The notes under the pieces are model-generated. The model saw only the letters and a list, made by a program, of their open reading frames with translations. It had not been told where the DNA came from and did no database searches. Source: Oscillospiraceae bacterium (GTDB lineage Bacteria; Bacillota; Clostridia; Oscillospirales; Oscillospiraceae). Taken from it: a DNA stretch of 64,000 nt. Where the stretch lies: positions 53,225 to 117,224 of the forward strand of contig JAFSCK010000023.1 of assembly GCA_017436785.1 (NCBI GenBank), written 5' to 3'. Shown here piece by piece: positions 29,949 to 39,630 of this stretch; within the stretch, counting starts at the first letter, position 1, and each line of letters opens with the position of its first letter. The position numbers and the translations under genes were made by a program.

Positions 29949-30704
29949 TTACAAATCAATTTCCAAGCCGACAGGGCAATGGTCAGAGCCAAACACCTCA
30001 CTATAAATGGGTGCAGCTGTGATGCTGTCCTTGATGCGGTTTGACATGATAAAATAGTCGATACGCCAGCCTGCGTTGTTCTTCCGGGCATTGAAGCGGT
30101 AACTCCACCAGCTGTACATTCCGGTGGCTTCGGGATAAAGATGGCGGAAGGTGTCGGTAAAGCCAGCCTCCAGCAGCTTTCCGAAGCTTTCCCGTTCCTC
30201 ATCAGAGAAGCCGGCATTGCCCCGATTGGAGGCAGGATTTTTTAGGTCGATCTCCTGATGGGCAACATTCAAATCTCCGCAGGCGATGACAGGCTTTTTC
30301 CTATCCAGCTCCTGCAAATAATGGCGGAAAGCCTCGTCCCATTTCAGGCGGTGATCGATCCGCGCCAATCCCTGCTGCGCGTTGGGAGTATAGCAGGTAA
30401 CGAGATAAAACTCGGGATATTCCAAAGTGATCATACGGCCCTCGGTATCCAACTCCTCAATGCCGACACCGTAGGCAACAGACATGGGAGCCTGCTTTGC
30501 AAAAATGGCAGTGCCTGAATAGCCTTTTTTCTGAGCATAGTTCCAAAACTGCTCATACCCGGGGATGGGAAGGTCGATTTGTCCAGCTTGCAGCTTGGTT
30601 TCCTGCAAGCAGAAAAAATCCGCGTCGATTTGATTGAAAAAATCAGAAAAGCCCTTGGTAACACAGGCCCTCAATCCATTTACATTCCATGAGATCAGCT
30701 TCAT
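29949..30704 (-). CDS. xth: Exodeoxyribonuclease III
   Basis: SWNVNGLR, LQETK, GDLNVAH, GWRIDYF, SDHCP. Confidence 0.96.
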   Translation of the reverse strand: MKLISWNVNGLRACVTKGFSDFFNQIDADFFCLQETKLQAGQIDLPIPGYEQFWNYAQKKGYSGTAIFAKQAPMSVAYGVGIEELDTEGRMITLEYPEFYLVTCYTPNAQQGLARIDHRLKWDEAFRHYLQELDRKKPVIACGDLNVAHQEIDLKNPASNRGNAGFSDEERESFGKLLEAGFTDTFRHLYPEATGMYSWWSYRFNARKNNAGWRIDYFIMSNRIKDSITAAPIYSEVFGSDHCPVGLEIDL

Positions 30705-31192
30705 GATGCTTCCTCCGTTGCTTCAGGGATATTATCAAATTCATAAATGGAATCCGCGGTTAAGCTCAGAGAGCGTTCACCGCTGAAAATAGTGACTTCT
30801 TCTGTTTCCGTAAGCCCGAAACAGGTTTTCGCCAGACAGGCGCAGGCCAGTGCGTAGTCTGCATCTGACAGAAGGTCGTCTAGATCAGACAGACGAATTT
30901 CTGTTGTTTCTGCACCGGGGCTAACGGTATAGAGCTTTGTTCCCGCAGGGAGAGGGGAACGGTGATCCTCCTGAATAGGGCCCATCAGATAAATGGCGAG
31001 AAGATAGGATAGATCGTTGCGGTGACCGGAGGCTTCTCGTTCCTCGGAGACAATAACGCCGTCATTTGTGAAATACTGGCTCTGGGAGCGAACGTAGTAG
31101 AAGGTGACAGGCTGCTTGATTCGTTCTCCAAAATTACCGCAAGCGGACAACATCATGCAGAAGAAAAGAAAAACACAGAAGGCACGTTTCAT
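30701..31192 (-). CDS. GerMN-domain lipoprotein
   Basis: Lipobox LSAC, YLMGP..SPLPAGTKL; follows the histidine kinase. Confidence 0.7.
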   Translation of the reverse strand: MKRAFCVFLFFCMMLSACGNFGERIKQPVTFYYVRSQSQYFTNDGVIVSEEREASGHRNDLSYLLAIYLMGPIQEDHRSPLPAGTKLYTVSPGAETTEIRLSDLDDLLSDADYALACACLAKTCFGLTETEEVTIFSGERSLSLTADSIYEFDNIPEATEEAS

Positions 31193-32628
31193 GCTGGGTC
31201 CACCTCCGTATCAAATGCGGGGAAAACAACTGTGAATGTGGTGCCCTGTCCCGGTGTGCTGGAAACAGAAATTTCGCCACGGTTTCGGTTCACAATTGTC
31301 CGAACAATAGAAAGGCCAAGACCACTGCCGCCGGTTGCACGGGAGCGTGCTTTATCCACACGGTAGAAGCGTTCAAAGATGTGATCGATGGCATCCTCCG
31401 GAATACCCATACCGGTATCCGATACTTCCAGAATGGCATTATCCTCCTCCCGGCGCAGTCTAACCGACAGCGTTCCGCCGGGCTGGTTATATTTAATGCC
31501 GTTCTCTATTAAGTTGAATACGATTTGGTATAGATCATCTTCGAGGATCAGAACGGGAATATCCTCATCCAAATGGAGCTGGAAGGAAATGTTGGCCTGC
31601 AGGGCGTTGGGACGCAGCATTCTGGCGACCCGGCGAATGGTGGGGATCATGGGGATGATCTCACATTCCTCATTGGGAAGACCCTCTGCCTTTGTCAGAG
31701 ATAATAATTTGGCTGTCATGCGGTTTAACCGCTCTGCCTCGTCACCGATATCACCGACAAATTCCCGAACAGTTTCCTGATCCATGTCGTATTGCAAAAT
31801 GGAATCCGATAGGAGCTTGATAGAAGCAAGAGGCGTTTTCAGCTCGTGGGAGGCATCGGAAACAAAGCGGCTTCGTTTCTGCTCTGAGGTCTGCAGACGC
31901 TCTGTCAAGTCGTTAAATTCGTTTCCGAGGATCGTCAGCTCGTCGTTGCCTCCCATGTTGACCTTGTGAGAATAATCACCCTCCTGAATGATGCGCATGG
32001 AATCCATGATCTGGTTCAAGCGCCGGGAGAACGTGGTGGAAAATGCGATGGAGAAGAGGATCAGAACAAACTCCAAAAAGAAGGTGATCCGCATGACCGT
32101 GTTCTGAAGCGATAAGATCATGGCACCCTGTGTAGTTTCGTATTCCGTCATATATACGCAGCCCACAATGGTACCGAAATACACGATGGGAGTGGCAGAA
32201 CGGGAATTGGTGGTGCCGTTGAAGTAGTTCCAAGAGCAGACATCGTTTCCGGCCAGTGCTTCCAAAATTTCCGGATAAAAAACGTAGTTTCCGATTTGAC
32301 CGCCTGCGGTATCATAGAGCAGTCGGCAGGATTGATCGGTGACAACAAGTCTGGTGGCCTTTAAGCTGTCCATCTGATTGACGATTCCGGAAACAGATGT
32401 ATGATTCAAAACGTCAAGCGTAGCGATCTCGTCTGAGACCAGCAGGCATTTTTCAATCATGGCATCCTTTTTGCTTTGATAAAACAGCTGCTGGCAGGTG
32501 ATGGAACAATAAATATTTAAAAAAAGCAGCACAACAAGCGTGATGACAACATAGGTCATCGCGTAGCGGAATTGTGTTTTTCCATAACCACGGTAGGTGG
32601 TCTGTTTACTTTCGGAAGTAATAGCCAA
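31189..32628 (-). CDS. HAMP-domain sensor histidine kinase
   Basis: ASHELKTPL, NLIENGIKY, DTGMGI, FERFYRVD, GGSGLGL. Confidence 0.93.
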   Translation of the reverse strand: MAITSESKQTTYRGYGKTQFRYAMTYVVITLVVLLFLNIYCSITCQQLFYQSKKDAMIEKCLLVSDEIATLDVLNHTSVSGIVNQMDSLKATRLVVTDQSCRLLYDTAGGQIGNYVFYPEILEALAGNDVCSWNYFNGTTNSRSATPIVYFGTIVGCVYMTEYETTQGAMILSLQNTVMRITFFLEFVLILFSIAFSTTFSRRLNQIMDSMRIIQEGDYSHKVNMGGNDELTILGNEFNDLTERLQTSEQKRSRFVSDASHELKTPLASIKLLSDSILQYDMDQETVREFVGDIGDEAERLNRMTAKLLSLTKAEGLPNEECEIIPMIPTIRRVARMLRPNALQANISFQLHLDEDIPVLILEDDLYQIVFNLIENGIKYNQPGGTLSVRLRREEDNAILEVSDTGMGIPEDAIDHIFERFYRVDKARSRATGGSGLGLSIVRTIVNRNRGEISVSSTPGQGTTFTVVFPAFDTEVDPA

Positions 32629-33286
32629 CGCCCCACTTTGTTAAGATATATTTTGGTTCAGCCGGATTTTCTTCCAGCTTTTCCCGCAAACGGCGGATGT
32701 GAACATCTACTGTCCGGATATCGCTCCGGTATTCATAGGCCCATATGGTATCCAGCAGCGCTTCCCGGGAATAGACGCGGTTCGGATTGCGCATCAGAAA
32801 TTCGATCACATCAAATTCCTTTGCGGTCAGATCGGCGACTTGGCCGCTGCGATAGGCATTGCGTGCATCCAGATCCAGAGAAATGGAGCCAATGGTCAGC
32901 ATATTCCCGGGAGTCTTCTTCTCCACAGAGCCTGCACGACGCAAAAGTGCACGGATGCGGGCTTTTAGTTCCAGAATATTGAAGGGCTTTGTCAGGTAAT
33001 CATCTGCGCCGTGGTCAAAACCGATCAGCTTATCCATATCGTCGCTTTTGGCTGTAAGCATAATGATGGGAACTTCGGAAAATTCACGAATTTTTGCGCA
33101 GGCAGTCAGGCCATCCATATTGGGCATCATGACATCCAGAACAACAAGATCCGGAGATTGCTCCTGCACAGCCCGGACAGCCTCCAGTCCGTCGCTGCCG
33201 GTGATCACATCGTAGCCTTCGTTCTGTAAATTAAAGCGTATGCCCTTTACCAGCAGGGCTTCATCATCTACAACCAATATTTTCAT
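32606..33286 (-). CDS. OmpR/WalR-family response regulator
   Basis: VVDDE, LDVMMP, DYLTKPF, RTVDVHIRRLREK. Confidence 0.95.
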   Translation of the reverse strand: MKILVVDDEALLVKGIRFNLQNEGYDVITGSDGLEAVRAVQEQSPDLVVLDVMMPNMDGLTACAKIREFSEVPIIMLTAKSDDMDKLIGFDHGADDYLTKPFNILELKARIRALLRRAGSVEKKTPGNMLTIGSISLDLDARNAYRSGQVADLTAKEFDVIEFLMRNPNRVYSREALLDTIWAYEYRSDIRTVDVHIRRLREKLEENPAEPKYILTKWGVGYYFRK

Positions 33287-33288
33287 GA

Positions 33289-33678
33289 TTATCCTCCAAT
33301 TGTAATAAGATCGATTATATCTTCTACCCGTTTTTCGCCGATGCCTTCCACATACATGAGACCCTCCGGGGCAGAGAAATCACCTTTGGAATCCCGATAG
33401 GCTATGATCCGCTGCGCCAACACATCCCCGATACCGGGAAGGGCCATAAGCTCTTCTTTGGTAGCCTGATTGATGTTAATGGGGAAGGAAACTGAGGGAA
33501 TGTCGTCCGCTGCCGTGGATTCCGTGACCACGGACGCCTCAGGTGCGGAGTGCATAGCGGTGGGAATCGATAGGGTGATGGCAGAAGCGGTATGATTTCT
33601 GCCGATAAACACCCCCAGCGTGAAGGCTGCAAAGACGGCTGTCAGCATAAGCAAAATGCTGTGACTTGGTTTTTTCAT
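33289..33678 (-). CDS. comEA: ComEA-like helix-hairpin-helix DNA-binding protein
   Basis: TM helix plus ININQAT..LPGIG..VEGIGEK. Confidence 0.85.
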   Translation of the reverse strand: MKKPSHSILLMLTAVFAAFTLGVFIGRNHTASAITLSIPTAMHSAPEASVVTESTAADDIPSVSFPININQATKEELMALPGIGDVLAQRIIAYRDSKGDFSAPEGLMYVEGIGEKRVEDIIDLITIGG

Positions 33679-33792
33679 GGGAATAGACCTCCCGCATTGA
33701 CTAGAGGGGAAAAAGCTGTTATAATGTAACACATATTATACACGATTTTTTACCGTCGGACAAGTCTGGCGTGGGCTTATTGAAGGAGAAAT

Positions 33793-35337
33793 ATGAAAAA
33801 AATTAAGAACTTTTCGCTTTTGCTCAGCTTGATCCTGCTGCTTCAATGCACGTTGCTGCCGGCTGCGGCAGTGGAAACGACAGATTCTCTGCAGACAGAG
33901 CCTGTTTCAGAAGCCAATATCCTATTGGAAACGGAGGATATTCCTTTTGGTCAGGTTTGCGTTCAGAAGGGCTGCCGGACCATTAAGGGTATGGTACCCC
34001 TTGGAGGCAGTGACCGCCGTCTGGAAACAGCACAATCCGTATTTTTATATGAAGTCAACACAGATACCGTAGTTTATTCCTACAATCCGGACACAAAGGT
34101 GCATCCGGGTACCCTTGCAAAGATCGTTCTGGCTATGGTAGTTCTGGAACGGGCTGATATGGATGATGTGGTCAAGGTAACAGAGGGTATACAGTCCTAT
34201 ATTCCGGCGGGCGCCAATTCTATGCAGGTGGTTGACGGAAAGACCGTGAAATCCGAAAAGCTGAAAAGTAATGAGCACATTTCTGTGGGAGATTTGCTGT
34301 ATGGCGTACTGATGATCAACGCAAACGATGCTGCTGTTGCTCTGGCCCATCATATTGCCGGTACCACAGATGGCTTTCTGACCCTGATGAACAATAAGGT
34401 CAAGCAGCTTGGCTGCAGCAATACCGAGTTTGGTAATATCAGTGGCCTGTATACGGGCCAATCCTACAGCACTGCGCGGGATATTGCGATTATTATGCGG
34501 GAAGCAATGAAGGATTCCCGTTTTGCAACCATTACCGGTACGGGTGAACATACCATACCGGCAACAGATCTGGCAGATAAGCGTACCTTTAAGACCCAGA
34601 ACTACATGGTCGATGACAGTACCATTCAGGACTTCTACGACGGACGCGTTACCGGCGGCATGGCAACCTACCACGAAACCACGGGCGCATCTATTGTAAT
34701 TACCGCAAATGATAAATCCAGTGAAGAAGATACCATCTATCTGAACTATATTGCAGTTGTTCTGGGCGCTACCCGCGTCTTTGCAGAGAATGGCTGGCAG
34801 CCGATCAATCATGGTAACTTCAATGAAATGTCCGTGCTGCTGAACTATGGCTTTGATAATTTTAAGGTCAACCGCATTATCTATGATGGCATGTCCTTAA
34901 ACCAGTTCCCGGTAAACGGCGGCGAAAGCTATGCCGTCGGTCAGGCAAAGGTGGATGTGGATTCTGTTGTACCGAAGGCTGTTCAGATGAACAATCTCCA
35001 GATGAACTATGCGGTAACAGACGGAGGACTGAGTGCTCCGGTGAAAAAGGATGACATGATCGCTACATTGCAGGTGCAGTACCGTAACTCTGTGCTGACG
35101 GAGGTAGAGGTGTTCTCTATGGGCAATGTAAAGCCTGCAAATGATACAGGTGTGACCATTCGCTCTACGGCTGTGCGCAGTGACTCTGATGACAGCGGCA
35201 TTCTTTCTGTCATTGGTACTGTTTGTGTGATCGTTCTGGGACTGGCAGCTGTGTATCTTGCTTTTAATGCTTACATGCGTTCGCGTATGCGTGCCCGCAG
35301 GAAGAAGAGGCGTGCTGACCGCAGGAGGATACGCTGA
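33793..35337 (+). CDS. Peptidase S11 (D-Ala-D-Ala carboxypeptidase) homologue with degenerate catalytic motifs
   Basis: Signal peptide, S11 layout (NDAAVALA, MN.K..LG..NT.F.N.SGL, STARD), C-terminal TM plus basic tail. Confidence 0.85.
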   Translation: MKKIKNFSLLLSLILLLQCTLLPAAAVETTDSLQTEPVSEANILLETEDIPFGQVCVQKGCRTIKGMVPLGGSDRRLETAQSVFLYEVNTDTVVYSYNPDTKVHPGTLAKIVLAMVVLERADMDDVVKVTEGIQSYIPAGANSMQVVDGKTVKSEKLKSNEHISVGDLLYGVLMINANDAAVALAHHIAGTTDGFLTLMNNKVKQLGCSNTEFGNISGLYTGQSYSTARDIAIIMREAMKDSRFATITGTGEHTIPATDLADKRTFKTQNYMVDDSTIQDFYDGRVTGGMATYHETTGASIVITANDKSSEEDTIYLNYIAVVLGATRVFAENGWQPINHGNFNEMSVLLNYGFDNFKVNRIIYDGMSLNQFPVNGGESYAVGQAKVDVDSVVPKAVQMNNLQMNYAVTDGGLSAPVKKDDMIATLQVQYRNSVLTEVEVFSMGNVKPANDTGVTIRSTAVRSDSDDSGILSVIGTVCVIVLGLAAVYLAFNAYMRSRMRARRKKRRADRRRIR

Positions 35338-35903
35338 TGCAGAACTGGGAAGCATTAAAGCAGACCTGTCATAGCTGTACCCGATGCGGCCTTTGCGAAA
35401 CGCGGCATAATGTTGTGTTCGGCATTGGAAATGAAGAAGCAGATATCCTATTTGTGGGAGAAGGGCCCGGTGAACAGGAGGACCTTCAGGGAGAACCCTT
35501 TGTGGGCCCTGCCGGAAAGCTTTTGGATGATATGCTTTCCATCATCGATCTTGACAGGAAATGCAATTGCTACATCGCAAATATTGTCAAATGCCGTCCT
35601 CCCCGAAACCGTGACCCGCTGGAAACGGAACAGGATGCCTGCATCGGCTATCTTCGCAATCAGGTAGCGCTGATCAGACCGAAGATCATTGTGTGCCTTG
35701 GACGAATCGCTGCAAAACGACTGATCGATCCGGACTACCGCATTACCCGCCAGCATGGGCAATGGGTGGAGCGTAACGGCATCTGGATCACTGCGATTTA
35801 CCATCCCTCCGCACTCCTGCGGGATGTATCCAAGCGTCCGGAAACCTTTGAGGACCTGCTTTCTCTGCGTGAGAAAATGCAGGAGATTGGCGCAAAGGTA
35901 TAA
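35337..35903 (+). CDS. Uracil-DNA glycosylase family 4
   Basis: CTRC, GEGPG, PFVG, KCRPP, YHPS. Confidence 0.93.
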   Translation: MQNWEALKQTCHSCTRCGLCETRHNVVFGIGNEEADILFVGEGPGEQEDLQGEPFVGPAGKLLDDMLSIIDLDRKCNCYIANIVKCRPPRNRDPLETEQDACIGYLRNQVALIRPKIIVCLGRIAAKRLIDPDYRITRQHGQWVERNGIWITAIYHPSALLRDVSKRPETFEDLLSLREKMQEIGAKV

Positions 35904-35917
35904 ATTTAAAAAAGTTA

Positions 35918-35946
35918 TTGACATTTAGCCCGATTATCGATATAAT
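35918..35946 (+). promoter_or_regulatory. Consensus sigA promoter for tRNA-Thr
   Basis: TTGACA-17-TATAAT. Confidence 0.85.
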
Positions 35947-35963
35947 AATCGGGCTAAATATCT

Positions 35964-36039
35964 GCTAGTGTAGCACAGTCGGTAGTGCATCTCACTCGTA
36001 ATGAGAAGGTCGCCTGTTCGAGTCAGGTCACTAGCTCCA
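35964..36039 (+). tRNA. tRNA-Thr(CGT)
   Basis: Cloverleaf; anticodon arm TCTCA-CT-CGT-AA-TGAGA; TTCGA; encoded CCA. Confidence 0.95.
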
Positions 36040-36147
36040 CCAAGCCCCGAAACTGTAATGGTTTTGGGGTTTTCTTTTTGAAAAAAATTTGGAAACCTTG
36101 AGATATTTTCCATTCAAACCGTACTGTATAGATGAAACGGAAAGGAT

Positions 36148-36714
36148 GTGACCAATTTGAAGGATCATGAGATCATTGACCTGTTCTTTGAGCGCTCGGA
36201 GCAGGCAATTACAGAATTGATTATCAAATATGGAGCGGCCATCAGAAGTATTGCCTCGAATATCCTGAAAGATGTGCAGGATGTGGAGGAATGCACTAAC
36301 GATACATATTTGCAGGTATGGAATCGGATCCCACCAGCAAAACCCAAATATCTCGGTGCCTACAGCTGCCGCATTGCCCGGAACATTTGCTTAAACCGCT
36401 ATTACAGCAATACGGCCCAGAAACGCAACAGCTACTATGATGTTGCACTGGAGGAATTGGAGGAGACCATTCCGGCATTGTCCACGGTGGAATCGGCGTA
36501 TGATGCAAAGGAATTGACAGAATATCTGAATCTCTTTTTACAGGGATTAAGCAGAGAGGATCGGTACCTTTTTATGCGTCGGTACTGGTATGGAGATGGC
36601 ATCCATGAGATTGCGGTCAATATGGGGATCAAAGACCATAATGCATCTGTCCGTCTTTTCCGTTTGCGGCAAAAGCTGCAAAACTATCTTCAGAAAGAGG
36701 GGATGATCCAATGA
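36148..36714 (+). CDS. ECF RNA polymerase sigma factor
   Basis: D.EE..NDTYL..W, RIARN, region 4 FMRRYWY..EIA. Confidence 0.92.
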   Translation: MTNLKDHEIIDLFFERSEQAITELIIKYGAAIRSIASNILKDVQDVEECTNDTYLQVWNRIPPAKPKYLGAYSCRIARNICLNRYYSNTAQKRNSYYDVALEELEETIPALSTVESAYDAKELTEYLNLFLQGLSREDRYLFMRRYWYGDGIHEIAVNMGIKDHNASVRLFRLRQKLQNYLQKEGMIQ

Positions 36715-37763
36715 ACCGAAAGCTGGTATCCAAAGCCATCAGCAACATTCAGGATAAATACATCATGGAGGCCATGGCACCTCCGGCGGCAAGATCAGAT
36801 CATGCCCCGGAAAGGACATCCAACATGGGAAAATACGAGAATAAACGCAAAGGTGTAAACACCAGAAGATTGATTGGTTTGGCTTCTGCGGCCTGTCTGG
36901 TTTTCTCTCTGGCGATTACGGCATATGCCTTGAATCTATTTGGGATCCGTGAAATGTTCAGAACTGCGAATCGGGAGCTTCCGGAGTCGGCGGAACCCTA
37001 TATCCAGCAGCATACCGAAGCTGCGGCTGCTGCGGATTGGAGCGCCAGAATTACAGAATCGCTCTGTGATACAGGCAAGATCCTGACTACCGTCACAGTA
37101 TCCGGTGGGGACAGGTATATTGTGGTGCCTACAGATGCAATGCCTGAGGATTCTGTGGGTATCATCGGTATCAGAGCAGAGCAGACCCTGAGGGAATATG
37201 CAGCTGCACAGGGCAAGGAACTGCTGTTTGTGGGCGCCACCCTTAGGCATAGTGAACATCTTGGTGTTTTTGAGGAAGCCCAGCGCTTTGTCAATGGGTC
37301 TGCTGCGGAAATGAATATTTTGCTGGAATCTAGTAGAAGCGGCGAAACAGGTGGGGAAGCGATCTGCAAAATTTATGCAAGAGATATTGAAGGAAACAGG
37401 CTGGATCTGGAGCTGCCTTTCACGTTGGAGCAGGTCCCGGCAGAGAATGAACGGGTATATGTTCCTGTTGATCCGGATGCCATCCCCGGCATGACAGTGG
37501 GAGAAGCAACGGTCAAAGAAACACCGCTTGGCCTCAGTGTCCGCTGGATGGAAACTGTGACCGATCAGGAAGTATGGTATAACATTATGAAGGTAGAAGT
37601 CGAGGGTGTTACCTATCGGGAAGGCGGAGCAGTTCTGGAAGACGATGGAAACTGGTATTTCCAGTTCTCCATGGGCGAAGGGAGCATCGGTGATACCATG
37701 ACCGTTCACTTCTATGACTGGGATAAGGTATGGATCGGAGATATTACATTTGAGAGGAAATAA
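36711..37763 (+). CDS. Putative anti-sigma factor (single TM)
   Basis: Overlaps the sigma stop; AISNIQDKYIMEA N-terminus; TM starting AACL. Confidence 0.75.
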   Translation: MNRKLVSKAISNIQDKYIMEAMAPPAARSDHAPERTSNMGKYENKRKGVNTRRLIGLASAACLVFSLAITAYALNLFGIREMFRTANRELPESAEPYIQQHTEAAAAADWSARITESLCDTGKILTTVTVSGGDRYIVVPTDAMPEDSVGIIGIRAEQTLREYAAAQGKELLFVGATLRHSEHLGVFEEAQRFVNGSAAEMNILLESSRSGETGGEAICKIYARDIEGNRLDLELPFTLEQVPAENERVYVPVDPDAIPGMTVGEATVKETPLGLSVRWMETVTDQEVWYNIMKVEVEGVTYREGGAVLEDDGNWYFQFSMGEGSIGDTMTVHFYDWDKVWIGDITFERK

Positions 37764-37823
37764 GGTCATCTAGGTTGAAAAAACACCCATGTATCGATGC
37801 ACAGATACATGGGTGTTTTTGCA

Positions 37824-39626
37824 TCAGGAGAGAATGGTTGCGGTGACTTCCTCTGTATATTGCCGGGTATACAGCTCAAAGTAGTAGCCTTTTTGTTTCA
37901 GGAGCTCGGAATGGGTGCCCTGCTCCACGATCTTTCCGTTTTTGACCACGAGGATCATATCTGCGTTTCGGACCGTGGAAAGCCGGTGGGCGATCATCAA
38001 AGAAGTGCGTCCGGCAGTGATCCTATCCATGGCTGACTGGATGCGCTGTTCGGTGATGGTGTCTACGGATGCGGTAGCTTCATCCAGAATCAGGATGCGG
38101 GGATCAGCCAGAACAGCCCGGGCAAAGGAAAGCAGCTGCTTTTCGCCGGTGGACAGCAGATCGCCGCCCTCTCCCACATCGGTATCAAGGCCCTTTTCCA
38201 GATGTGCGATCACATCCTCTGCGGAAACAGCCCGGATAGCCTCCCAGATCTCATCATCGGATGCATCCGGATTGCCCATCAGCAGATTTTCCCGCACAGT
38301 ACCCGAGAATAAATGAGGTGTTTGCAGAACGTAGCCGATGGAGCTGTGGAGCCATAGCTGAGAACGCTCCCGGGCATCCCTTCCGTCGATCAGAACGGTG
38401 CCTTCCGTAGGCTCAAAGAACCGGCAGACCAGATTCACCAGCGTGGATTTACCGGCACCGGTTTCACCGACAATGGCCAGATGTGTGCCGAAGGGGATGG
38501 TCAAATGAAAGTCCTCCAAGACCTTTTCCTCACCGTCCGGATAGATAAACGTCACATTTTGGAACGCGATATCCCCTCGAATGGGCTCCCAGTTTTCTTT
38601 TTTGGGGTTCAGGCTGTCACCGTATTTTGCGATGACCTCCGGCGTGTCAACGACATCGGACCGGACGGCCATCAGATTGGTAAAGCGCTCGATGTTGACC
38701 TGTGTGGTAATCAGGTCAGAGATCACATTGACCAGCCAGCGCAGGGGCTCCATCATACCCTGTGCGTAGGACATGAATACGGAGAAGGTTCCCATTTCCT
38801 CGGCGGCGATATACCCGCCCTTCCACAGCACGATGGCCAAGGCGATACTGGATGCAAAATTCATGGTTCCGGCAAAAAGACCGCGAAGACGGGCGGAATG
38901 GACACTTTTCCTGTGGATTGCTTGAGTATCCTCCGTAAAACGCTGCTGCATACGTTCTTCGATGGCAAGGGCCTTGATGGTCTTTGCCCCGGTGATTCCT
39001 TCGTTGAAATTGCTTGTAATACGGGAATTTACCTCCCGGACTTCCCGGTTAACATGTACCAGCTTCTTCTGGAAGACAGCAAACAGAAGGACCAGCAGGG
39101 GCAGGATCGCGAGGATCATGGAGGCTAGCTTTGCATTCAGAACCAGCATGACGATGACCGCACCAAGGAGATAGGTCATATGCCAGATGCCTTCGATAAA
39201 CGTCCAGGATACCAGTGTTCCGATGCGGGAGGTATCGCTCATAAGCCGGGAATGGATATAGCCGACACTATTTTGGTTGTAATAGGAGAAGGAAAGGGTC
39301 TGCAAATGCTCAAAGCCCCGCTGACGCAGTTCCCGATGGACCAGCATTTCAATGGTGGTGGCAAGGGCACAGGAAATGTAGTTGGAGCTTGCTGCGGCCA
39401 AAATCACGGCAAGATACAGACAGACAAAAATGCCAAGGGTGTCGAACCGTCCCAAACCGATAAAATGGTTAAGGGCATACCGCTGAAACAGGGGAAGGAT
39501 GATGTCCGTGGTACTGCCAAGAAGTCCGAATAGAACCATGAAGAGGATCTTACGTCTGACCCCATGCAGATACGGCAGGATCCGGCCGATGCCAAAAAAG
39601 GGAAGTGCTTTATGCTGCTTGCTCAT
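37824..39626 (-). CDS. ABC exporter half-transporter
   Basis: GETGAGKST, LSTGEKQ, LDEATAS, IAHR. Confidence 0.93.
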   Translation of the reverse strand: MSKQHKALPFFGIGRILPYLHGVRRKILFMVLFGLLGSTTDIILPLFQRYALNHFIGLGRFDTLGIFVCLYLAVILAAASSNYISCALATTIEMLVHRELRQRGFEHLQTLSFSYYNQNSVGYIHSRLMSDTSRIGTLVSWTFIEGIWHMTYLLGAVIVMLVLNAKLASMILAILPLLVLLFAVFQKKLVHVNREVREVNSRITSNFNEGITGAKTIKALAIEERMQQRFTEDTQAIHRKSVHSARLRGLFAGTMNFASSIALAIVLWKGGYIAAEEMGTFSVFMSYAQGMMEPLRWLVNVISDLITTQVNIERFTNLMAVRSDVVDTPEVIAKYGDSLNPKKENWEPIRGDIAFQNVTFIYPDGEEKVLEDFHLTIPFGTHLAIVGETGAGKSTLVNLVCRFFEPTEGTVLIDGRDARERSQLWLHSSIGYVLQTPHLFSGTVRENLLMGNPDASDDEIWEAIRAVSAEDVIAHLEKGLDTDVGEGGDLLSTGEKQLLSFARAVLADPRILILDEATASVDTITEQRIQSAMDRITAGRTSLMIAHRLSTVRNADMILVVKNGKIVEQGTHSELLKQKGYYFELYTRQYTEEVTATILS

Positions 39627-39630
39627 GAGA

